A stretch of 52,864 nt of DNA, taken from an uncultured bacterium (lineage in GTDB: Bacteria > CAZDME01 > JAYEMH01). The notes under the pieces are model-generated. The model saw only the letters and a program-made list of their open reading frames with translations, was not told the origin of the DNA and did not search any database. The stretch lies in assembly GCA_964506785.1 (NCBI GenBank), contig CAZDME010000002.1, forward strand, positions 1 through 52,864, read 5' to 3'. The translations under genes and the position numbers were made by a program. Positions 44,477 to 51,849 of this stretch are shown here, one piece after another (position 1 is the stretch's first letter; each line of letters starts with the position of its first letter).

Positions 44477-46673
44477 GTCTTTTTCTCCGGTTTTTATAGC
44501 TTCTTCCAAAACAATTACAGTTCACCTGCGGTTCTCTTCCTTTAATAAAGGGCGCATCAACCTTTTCTAAACAGTAGTCCTGGGCGAGCAGTCCGGTATA
44601 GGGGTCAATCCGGGCGAAAACAATATTTTCCGGCGGGAGAAAAGAAGCGGGTTCTATATTTTCTAATGCTTCCTTCATGAATTTAGCCCAGATGGGGGCG
44701 GCGACCCTGCCGCCGGTTTGTTTTTCTCCCAGGGACATCCGGTTGTCATAACCGGTGTAAACCACGGCGACCAAATCCGGGGTATATCCGGCAAACCAGG
44801 CTTCCGTATAATCGTTTGTTGTTCCGGTTTTCCCCGCCGCCGGCCGGCCGATACGGGCGCGCGTGCCCGTTCCTCTTAAAATTACTCCTTCAAGCATTTT
44901 GGTTAAAATATAAGCTGTTTCTTCCTTAATAATTTCCTTTTGTTGAGCTAAATTTTCTTCCAGGGGATTACCGTTATTATCTAACAGTTCCCTGATGGCA
45001 ATTGGTTTAGTCCAGATGCCACGATTGGCTAAAACGGCATAACCAGAGGCCAGCTCAAGCGGGGTTACCTCCGATGTTCCCAAAGCCAGGGAATAATGGG
45101 CTCCTAACCGTCCCGGGATATTCATCATTTTTTCCGCGCAGGAGACAACATTGTCTACGCCAAGGCGGCTAAGCAATTTAACGGTGGCTACATTCCGGGA
45201 ACGCTCAAGGGCTTTCATCAGCGTCGTCGGACCGAAAAATTCCTTTTCATAGTTTTCCGGAGACCAATAACGTTTCTCCAATGTTTTTATTGCTTCTTCC
45301 TTCTCTTCATCAGTTAATTCAAGATTTAAGGCGAGACTTTCTTTTTCTGTCTCAATAAACCTTTTAAATTTTTCTAATTCCCTTTCGGTCAGAATTTCAT
45401 AAATTTTGTTTTCCTCTAAATCATAAACCAAAGGAGCATCATCAATAACATCAGATGCCTGCCAGCCACGTTCAATAGCCGTGGTATAAACAAAGGGTTT
45501 AAAGGCCGAGCCTGGTTGGCGGCAAGCTTGGACAGCCCGGTTAAAAACCGATTCCTTAAAATCTCTGCCGCCAACCATCGCTTTTATATACCCGGTGTGG
45601 GGGTCTAAAGAAACCAAAGCCCCCTGGAGTTTTGGCGGCTCAAGCGGTTCAAGAGGTTGTTTTTCGCTTAAATCTTTCTCCTCTTTTTTTTCTTCTATCG
45701 GCGGACGATTTTTATCAAAAAATTCCAAGCCTTCGACTAAAGCTTTTTCGGCAATTTCCTGGAGCCGGGGGTCCAGGGTGGTGTAAACCTTCAGGCCTCC
45801 TCGATAAAGCAGATTTTCTCCGTATTTTGCTTCGACATATTTACGGATATATTCAACAAAATAGGGCGCTTTATGATAAGCGCTGGGACGGGCCTCTTTA
45901 AATTCTATGGGATATGCTTGAGCAATTTTTTCATCTTCTCTGGTAATAAGACCGGCCTTTCTCATTCTGGTCAAGACATAATCTCTTCTTTTAAGGGCGC
46001 GTTCTTGATGGCGAAAAGGGGAATAAAAGCCAGGGGCCCGCGGCAAACCGGCTAAAAAGGCTGACTCTGATAAATTTATTTTTTCAAGCGGTTTGGCAAA
46101 GTAATTCCAGCTGGCGGCGGCGACGCCATAGGCGCCCCGTCCAAAATAGATTTGATTAAGATAAAGCTCTAAAATTTCTTCTTTAGAATATTTTTTTTCG
46201 ATTTGCAGGGACAAAATTGCTTCTCTGATTTTTCTCTTTAAGGTCTGTTCCCGGGTTAAAAAAAGATTGCGGGCAAGCTGCTGGGTAATGGTGCTGCCGC
46301 CTTGAATTGTTTCGCCGGCGAGGAAGTTAACCCTTAAGGCGCGGAGGATTCCCCGGAAATCAATTCCCCAATGCCGAAAAAAGTTACCATCTTCAGTAAC
46401 GACGATGGCTTCCTGTACATATTTGGGCACATTTGATAGTGCGGTGAGAATACGTTTCTCGGCAAAAAACTCGGCAATTACCTCGCCATTTTCGGCATAA
46501 ATCCTGGTGATTAAATTGGGCTGGTATTTTTCCAGGGTTTTGACCTGGGCAGATTCCTGAAGGAGAAAATTAACCAAGCCGAATTCAATCCCCCAGGTAA
46601 TAGCCAGGATTATCCCGAAAACATATAACGGCAGGAGCTTTTTTTTCAACATTTCTTTTTGCTCAAATCGCAC
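44448..46673 (-). CDS. mrcA: Class A penicillin-binding protein (PBP1A type, glycosyltransferase + transpeptidase)
   Basis: 741 aa. GT51 motifs: EDGNFFRHWGID and GGSTITQQLARN. Transpeptidase motifs: SAFKP (SxxK), SRN and KTGTT. The start is either GTG at 46673 or ATG at 46652. This is the only minus-strand gene I accept. Confidence 0.93.
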   Translation of the reverse strand: MRFEQKEMLKKKLLPLYVFGIILAITWGIEFGLVNFLLQESAQVKTLEKYQPNLITRIYAENGEVIAEFFAEKRILTALSNVPKYVQEAIVVTEDGNFFRHWGIDFRGILRALRVNFLAGETIQGGSTITQQLARNLFLTREQTLKRKIREAILSLQIEKKYSKEEILELYLNQIYFGRGAYGVAAASWNYFAKPLEKINLSESAFLAGLPRAPGFYSPFRHQERALKRRDYVLTRMRKAGLITREDEKIAQAYPIEFKEARPSAYHKAPYFVEYIRKYVEAKYGENLLYRGGLKVYTTLDPRLQEIAEKALVEGLEFFDKNRPPIEEKKEEKDLSEKQPLEPLEPPKLQGALVSLDPHTGYIKAMVGGRDFKESVFNRAVQACRQPGSAFKPFVYTTAIERGWQASDVIDDAPLVYDLEENKIYEILTERELEKFKRFIETEKESLALNLELTDEEKEEAIKTLEKRYWSPENYEKEFFGPTTLMKALERSRNVATVKLLSRLGVDNVVSCAEKMMNIPGRLGAHYSLALGTSEVTPLELASGYAVLANRGIWTKPIAIRELLDNNGNPLEENLAQQKEIIKEETAYILTKMLEGVILRGTGTRARIGRPAAGKTGTTNDYTEAWFAGYTPDLVAVVYTGYDNRMSLGEKQTGGRVAAPIWAKFMKEALENIEPASFLPPENIVFARIDPYTGLLAQDYCLEKVDAPFIKGREPQVNCNCFGRSYKNRRKRPIWNSPDIF

Positions 46674-46871
46674 ATCCTCTTGAAAACAAACTTTTTCTAA
46701 ATTCGGCTTTTGAACCGCACCCCATAATATCTCACTAAACGCTCTCTGTCAATTTGATTTTTTTATTGCCCTATGCCTGAAATTGTGGTATTTTTAAGTG
46801 CTGTCTAAAAGAGACGGTTTATGCCCCGCGGCAGGCAGGGGAGCCGAATTCAAACCGAGGAAAGTGGACTT

Positions 46872-48110
46872 ATGGCCCATACAGTTGAGAGCCAATTATC
46901 CCTGGTAAAAAGGGGAGTTGAGGAAGTAATTCCAGAAAAAGAGCTGGCGAATAAATTTAAGGAGGCAAGCCGGGGGAAAAGGGCTTTAAGGATAAAATTT
47001 GGGGCTGATCCTACCGCGCCTGATTTGCATTTAGGGCATCTGGTGATTTTACGCAAGCTTAGGCAATTCCAGGAGTTAGGGCATCAAATTACTTTTATCA
47101 TTGGGGATTTTACGGCGATGATTGGCGATCCCAGCGGGAAGATAGAGACCCGTCCAAAACTCAGCCAAAGCGAGATAAAGAAAAATGCGGTTACCTACCA
47201 GAAACAAATATTTAAACTGCTTGATCCCGGAAAGACAGAGGTTCTTTTTAACAGCAGCTGGTTAGGGAAAATGGATGTCAGCTATTTTCTTAAGCTCAGC
47301 TCTCGCTATACCGTCGCCCGGATGTTAGAAAGGGATGATTTCTTTAAGCGTTATAAAGATAAGAAGCCAATTACCATTCTCGAATTTCTATATCCGCTTC
47401 TGCAGGGCTACGATTCGGTAAAGATTCAGGCCGATATCGAAATTGGCGGTTTTGACCAGAAGTTTAATCTCTTAGTCGCCCGGGACCTGCAGCGGGAATA
47501 TAAGCAGGTTCCCCAGGTAGTCCTTATGCTGCCTTTGCTTGAGGGGACCGACGGGGTAAAAAAAATGAGCAAGTCCTACGGGAATTATATCGCTATAAAC
47601 GAACCGGCCCAGACAATGTATGGGAAAATTATGTCTATCCCCGATTCGTTGATAATCAAATATTTTGAACTGCTTACCGATGTTGATAAACAAATCATAA
47701 AAAAAATTAAAGGAGAAGTTTCTCAAGGAAGCTTGAATCCCCGCGATGCCAAGGAGCGTCTGGCCATAGAAATCGTCGGGACTTTTTATCCGGAAAAAGA
47801 AGTAGAAGAAGCCGGCCAGGAATTTAAAAGGATTTACGTAGACAAGACGCTTCCGGCAAAGGTTACCGTCATAAAAAAACTACCGGCAGCTTTAAAAAAA
47901 GAAATAAAAGGGGGTTCTATTTGGCTGGTCCGCCTGCTTACTCAAACCCGCCTGGTCTCCAGCGGAAAAAAAGCCCGCAGCTTAATTACTCAAGGCGGCA
48001 TTCAAATTGACGGCGAAACGATTAAAAATATAGACTATCACCTTGAGCTTTCTCGGGAGCACATCATCAAAGTGGGTAAACACATCTTTAGAAAAATTTT
48101 AGCCCAATAA
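46872..48110 (+). CDS. tyrS: Tyrosine--tRNA ligase (type 2, with a C-terminal S4-like domain)
   Basis: Motifs present: HIGH region PDLHLGHLV, and KMSKS. I prefer the ATG at 46872 (GAGGAAAG SD) to the track start at 46821, by comparison with the N-termini of type 2 TyrRS. Confidence 0.94.
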   Translation: MAHTVESQLSLVKRGVEEVIPEKELANKFKEASRGKRALRIKFGADPTAPDLHLGHLVILRKLRQFQELGHQITFIIGDFTAMIGDPSGKIETRPKLSQSEIKKNAVTYQKQIFKLLDPGKTEVLFNSSWLGKMDVSYFLKLSSRYTVARMLERDDFFKRYKDKKPITILEFLYPLLQGYDSVKIQADIEIGGFDQKFNLLVARDLQREYKQVPQVVLMLPLLEGTDGVKKMSKSYGNYIAINEPAQTMYGKIMSIPDSLIIKYFELLTDVDKQIIKKIKGEVSQGSLNPRDAKERLAIEIVGTFYPEKEVEEAGQEFKRIYVDKTLPAKVTVIKKLPAALKKEIKGGSIWLVRLLTQTRLVSSGKKARSLITQGGIQIDGETIKNIDYHLELSREHIIKVGKHIFRKILAQ

Positions 48111-48144
48111 TTCATTCCGTCATTCTTCTACCTATGAAAAACAA

Positions 48145-48855
48145 ATGGATAATTTAACTTTCCCTTCAGAGCCGTTTTCAGTTCAGCCAGAAGCCATATC
48201 AGTTGAGGAAATGCGCTCATTTGACCGATGGGCCGGAGAGATTGGCCTTTCCCCTTTGATTTTAATGGAGAATGCCGGGAGGGCCGTTGCCTGGGCGTCT
48301 AAAAATTTTTTGCCACAGGGGAGAAGGAATCAAGCGGCCGTTTTCTCCGGGCCCGGCAATAACGGCGGTGACGGCTTTGTTGCCGCCAGATATCTTCATA
48401 ATTGGAGGATAAAAACGGATATCTTTCTCCTTGGCGAAAAAGAACATTTAAAAAAAGAAGCAAAGATTAACTTTAAGGTTCTCTTAAATTTAAAAATTAA
48501 ATGCCTCGGGCTAGAAAGCCAGTCTATCCGGCAGGCGGTTTTAGCCGGGTTAAAAGGGTATGATTTAATTATTGACGCTCTTTTAGGAACAGGTTTAAAA
48601 AAGCCGGTTGAGGGAAAATTGTTAGAAATTATTGAAGCCATAAATCAATCCGGGCGTCCGGTAGTGGCGGTGGATATTCCTTCAGGGATGGATGGAGATA
48701 GCGGCGAAATACTCGGAGCCGCTGTCAGGGCGTCCGAAACGGTGACTATGGCTGTTCCCAAAAAGGGATTTCTTAATCCGCAGGCCAAGGCCTATTTGGG
48801 TAAGGTAAGAATAGCTGATTTAGGGATTGCTTATCGAAAAAAAAGGTTAAAATGA
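48145..48855 (+). CDS. nnrE: NAD(P)H-hydrate epimerase (stand-alone YjeF N-terminal domain)
   Basis: 236 aa. Motifs present: GPGNNGGDGFVAARYL and DALLGTGL. No C-terminal dehydratase domain is fused. Confidence 0.85.
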   Translation: MDNLTFPSEPFSVQPEAISVEEMRSFDRWAGEIGLSPLILMENAGRAVAWASKNFLPQGRRNQAAVFSGPGNNGGDGFVAARYLHNWRIKTDIFLLGEKEHLKKEAKINFKVLLNLKIKCLGLESQSIRQAVLAGLKGYDLIIDALLGTGLKKPVEGKLLEIIEAINQSGRPVVAVDIPSGMDGDSGEILGAAVRASETVTMAVPKKGFLNPQAKAYLGKVRIADLGIAYRKKRLK

Positions 48856-50375
48856 GTTTAGTCAAGGTATTAGAAGATTCTGCTTATAAATACCCCCGCC
48901 GGGCCGCTCTTATATTCGGGAAACGTAAAATTACCTATCAAAGGCTCACCGAAGATATAAAGCGTGTATCGTCGCACCTCATTTCCCTCGGTTTAAAGCC
49001 CCGAGAAAGGGTGGGATTGCTGCTTAGGAATTCGCCTGAATTCATAATCAGCTATTTTGCTATTTTAAAAGCCGGCGGGATAGTGCTTCCCATAAATAAT
49101 TTTTTACAGGTTGAGGAGATAAAATTTATTTTAGAAGATGCCCAGGCGATAATGCTTATTTCAGAACTTTCGCAGAAAGAGAAAATTTCGGTTCTGCGTT
49201 TAAGGCTGGAACATTTAGAAAAAGTAATTATTGTTGACGGGGAAGTTCCCGATTTAGTTTCTTTTTCTCAATTTCAAGAGGTTCTGCCCTGTCAATGGCC
49301 GAGATTGGATGTCGATGAATTGGCGGTAATTCTTTATACCTCTGGCACCACCGGATATCCTAAGGGAGCAATGCTTACCCATCAGAATCTCTTGTCGAAC
49401 ACGCGTGCCTGCAGTCAATTCATTAAATTCAAAGCTAAGGATTCCTTTATCTGCATTCTTCCGATGTTTCATTCGTTTAGTTTCACGGTCTCTGTCTTAA
49501 TCCCTTTTCTTTTAGGCGGAAAAATTCTTATTTTCGATAAGATGCGGCCGTTCGCGGAAATAATTAAAGGGATAATCTATCATCGAATCACTATTTTTAT
49601 CGGCATCCCGGCTCTTTTTCAAATATTAGCGGAAGTGAAATTACCCTGGTTCTTTAAATTATTTTCTTTTTTGAATCCGGTTAAAATAGCTGTTTCCGGG
49701 GCGGATAAACTCCCGGTAAATGTTTTAGGAGATTTTAATAAAAAATTTAGATTTCCTCTTTTGGAAGGATATGGTTTAACCGAAGCCTCACCGGTAGTTT
49801 CGGTCAACCCCATAGATAAACGAAGAAAGGCCGGCTCGGTCGGTTTGCCTCTCCCTGGAATTCGGGTAAAGGTGGTCGATAAACAGGATAAAAAATTACC
49901 GCCCAATGCCATCGGAGAGTTATTGGTTAAAGGGCCGAATATAATGAAAGGTTACTGGAATCGTCCGCAGGAAACCAAGGCGGTTTTGCAGGAAGGCTGG
50001 CTTTATACCGGTGATATTGCCAAAATCGATGAAGAGGGTTATATCTATATTGTTGACCGGAAGAAGGATTTGATTATTCATCACGGCCTTAACATTTATC
50101 CCCGTGAAGTCGAAGAAGTCCTTTATCGAATACCCCAGGTCAGCCAGGCAGCGGTTATCGGCTTAAAAGAGGAAAGACGGGGAGAAGTGCCGGTTGCCCT
50201 GGTGGTTTTAAATCCAGATAAAGAGATAAGCGAAAAGGATATTATCAATTTTACCCGGCAGCAGTTAGCCCCTTATAAGGTGCCCAGAAAAGTAATTTTT
50301 AGAGAGACACTGCCGAAAACAGCTACCGGAAAAATTGCCAAAAAAGCCCTCAGGGCCGAAATAAATAAGGGTTGA
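48852..50375 (+). CDS. AMP-dependent synthetase/ligase (long-chain fatty acid--CoA ligase-like)
   Basis: 507 aa. Motifs present: AMP-binding motif YTSGTTGYPKGA, GYGLTE, TGDI and a C-terminal GKI.K. Confidence 0.88.
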   Translation: MSLVKVLEDSAYKYPRRAALIFGKRKITYQRLTEDIKRVSSHLISLGLKPRERVGLLLRNSPEFIISYFAILKAGGIVLPINNFLQVEEIKFILEDAQAIMLISELSQKEKISVLRLRLEHLEKVIIVDGEVPDLVSFSQFQEVLPCQWPRLDVDELAVILYTSGTTGYPKGAMLTHQNLLSNTRACSQFIKFKAKDSFICILPMFHSFSFTVSVLIPFLLGGKILIFDKMRPFAEIIKGIIYHRITIFIGIPALFQILAEVKLPWFFKLFSFLNPVKIAVSGADKLPVNVLGDFNKKFRFPLLEGYGLTEASPVVSVNPIDKRRKAGSVGLPLPGIRVKVVDKQDKKLPPNAIGELLVKGPNIMKGYWNRPQETKAVLQEGWLYTGDIAKIDEEGYIYIVDRKKDLIIHHGLNIYPREVEEVLYRIPQVSQAAVIGLKEERRGEVPVALVVLNPDKEISEKDIINFTRQQLAPYKVPRKVIFRETLPKTATGKIAKKALRAEINKG

Positions 50376-50400
50376 CAAAATATTTTTACTATGCTATGAT
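50372..50400 (+). promoter_or_regulatory. Near-consensus sigma-70-type promoter for the small membrane protein gene
   Basis: TTGACA (50372-77, overlapping the TGA stop of the upstream gene), a 17-nt spacer, then TATGAT (50395-400). A strong SD GGAGGTGA lies 6 nt before the ATG. Confidence 0.6.
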
Positions 50401-50435
50401 TTAAAAATCGTTAAGATTTCAGGGGAGGTGACAAA

Positions 50436-50663
50436 ATGGGAAAGTTTTTAAGCATTGTTGGCGGATTGGTAGCTTTGGTTTTAGGGGTTGTCGGATTAAT
50501 TGCCTGGTGGGATCTTTTTGTCAAGGCTTTGATGGCTACTGTTCCGGCTATTCTTATACTCGGCGGGTTAATAGCTCTAATTGGCGGTATTAACGAATTA
50601 AAAGAATCAGCGGGCAGCAAGAAAAAGGAAGAGCCGGCCAAAGAAGAGCCGCCTAAGGCATAA
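50436..50663 (+). CDS. Small membrane protein: two Gly/Leu-rich TM helices and a Lys/Glu/Pro-rich tail. Function unknown.
   Basis: 75 aa. It has its own promoter, a strong SD and its own terminator. The antisense ORF 50411..50641 is its shadow. Confidence 0.6.
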   Translation: MGKFLSIVGGLVALVLGVVGLIAWWDLFVKALMATVPAILILGGLIALIGGINELKESAGSKKKEEPAKEEPPKA

Positions 50664-50686
50664 ATAAAATTTTGAATAACTAATTT

Positions 50687-50735
50687 TGCCCTTGTCTATA
50701 AAATCGTGTTTCGTTTACGGCAGGGGCATTTTTTT
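50687..50735 (+). terminator. Candidate intrinsic terminator after the small membrane protein gene
   Basis: TGCCCTTGTC (50687-96) pairs with GGCAGGGGCA (50719-28), with G-U pairs included. The loop is about 22 nt and T7 follows (50729-35). Confidence 0.5.
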
Positions 50736-50768
50736 CTTATTTTTCTATTTCCGCTAAGGATGTGAATT

Positions 50769-51476
50769 ATGAAAAAAAAATTAGTTTTTTTTCTGTTTCT
50801 AGCTGTTTTTCTCACATTTCTTTCAGTTGAAGCTAAGATTGATTTTGAAAATCAGCGCCAGGCGATGGTTAAATCCCAGATTGAAGCCCGGGGAATAAGT
50901 GACAGTCGAGTATTGGGAGCGATGAGGCAGGTAGAGAGGGATAAATTTGTCCCGGCAGTGTTTCGTCACCTCTCTTATACGGATCGGCCCCTGTCCATCG
51001 GGAAAGGACAGACTATCTCTCAGCCCTTTATTGTTGCTTTGATGAGTGAATGTTTAGCCTTAAAAGGAGGAGAAAGAGTTTTAGAGATTGGCACCGGTTC
51101 AGGCTATCAAGCGGCAATTCTGGCGAAAATTGCCAAAGAGGTCTATACGATTGAGATTATTCCTTCTTTAGCCCAAGGGGCAAAGAAGCGGTTAGAAGAA
51201 ATGGGGTACAAAAATATAAAGGTGAAGATTGGAGATGGATTTTTAGGCTGGCCGGAATTTGCTCCTTTTGACGGGATTATGGTTACTTGTGCTCCGCCTG
51301 AAGTTCCGCCCCCTTTAATCGAGCAGTTAAAAGAAGGCGGACGGATGGTTATTCCGGTAGGTGAATTCTTTCAGGAACTAAAGGTTTTAGAAAAGAAAAA
51401 AGGAAAAATTATTATCAGGGATGTTATCCCGGTTAGATTTGTTCCTATGACCGGTGAAGGAGCAGAAAAAGAGTAG
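50769..51476 (+). CDS. pcm: Protein-L-isoaspartate O-methyltransferase with an N-terminal signal-peptide-like segment
   Basis: 235 aa. It has the SAM motif I LEIGTGSGYQAA and ISQPF. The N-terminus is MKKKLVFFLFLAVFLTFLSVEA. Confidence 0.9.
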   Translation: MKKKLVFFLFLAVFLTFLSVEAKIDFENQRQAMVKSQIEARGISDSRVLGAMRQVERDKFVPAVFRHLSYTDRPLSIGKGQTISQPFIVALMSECLALKGGERVLEIGTGSGYQAAILAKIAKEVYTIEIIPSLAQGAKKRLEEMGYKNIKVKIGDGFLGWPEFAPFDGIMVTCAPPEVPPPLIEQLKEGGRMVIPVGEFFQELKVLEKKKGKIIIRDVIPVRFVPMTGEGAEKE

Positions 51477-51508
51477 ATAGAGGAAGAAGTATATAAACTC
51501 AACTTTTT

Positions 51509-51537
51509 TTGCTTTCGCTTAATATATATGCTATACT
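51509..51537 (+). promoter_or_regulatory. Candidate sigma-70-type promoter for the structured leader
   Basis: TTGCTT (51509-14), a 17-nt spacer, then TATACT (51532-37). Confidence 0.4.
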
Positions 51538-51554
51538 TTATGTAAGTTTAGATT

Positions 51555-51656
51555 CTAGATAAAGGCTACTCCCGGAATGGGAGGCGCAAAGCTACAGTTC
51601 CTGAGGTAAATCCTGAGCTTGTCGAAGGATAGTCGAAGGAAGGCTGAGTTGCCTAG
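51555..51656 (+). promoter_or_regulatory. Candidate riboswitch-like aptamer (c-di-GMP-I / GEMM-I-like 5' half). The assignment is tentative.
   Basis: The sequence reads AAAGGCUAC, then the hairpin CUCCC-GGAAU-GGGAG (51569-83), then GCGCAAAGC (51584-92). This follows the order of the GGCAAAC-hairpin-GGxACGCAAAGC core as I remember it. I cannot match the 3' half by eye. Confidence 0.25.
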
Positions 51657-51706
51657 AAACTCATCCGCCAATTTTTGCGGCGGAATAGGTGATTCAGCTT
51701 TTTTTT
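51641..51706 (+). terminator. Candidate intrinsic terminator / attenuator at the end of the leader aptamer region
   Basis: AGGCUGAGU (51641-49) pairs with AUUCAGCUU (51692-700). The stem encloses an inner CCGCC/GGCGG hairpin (51665-83). A U8 run follows at 51699-706. Confidence 0.45.
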
Positions 51707-51849
51707 AATGAGTCCGTGACTTATGGAGCGATAGCAAACATAAGTTACTGGACGAATTAATCCCCAGTACTTAGATTTCGAAGGAATCTACAGGGGGATA
51801 AGCAGGCAATTCGGTTTTCTTAGTTCAATGAGCCAAAATTAGGTTGCAG

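Noticed and set aside
46674-46871. Possible T-box leaders upstream of tyrS, and likewise upstream of hisS, glyQ and trpS.
   Set aside because: No T-box consensus (AGGGTGGNACCGCG-like) and no specifier-loop or terminator architecture is visible. The spacers before hisS, glyQ and trpS are far too short.
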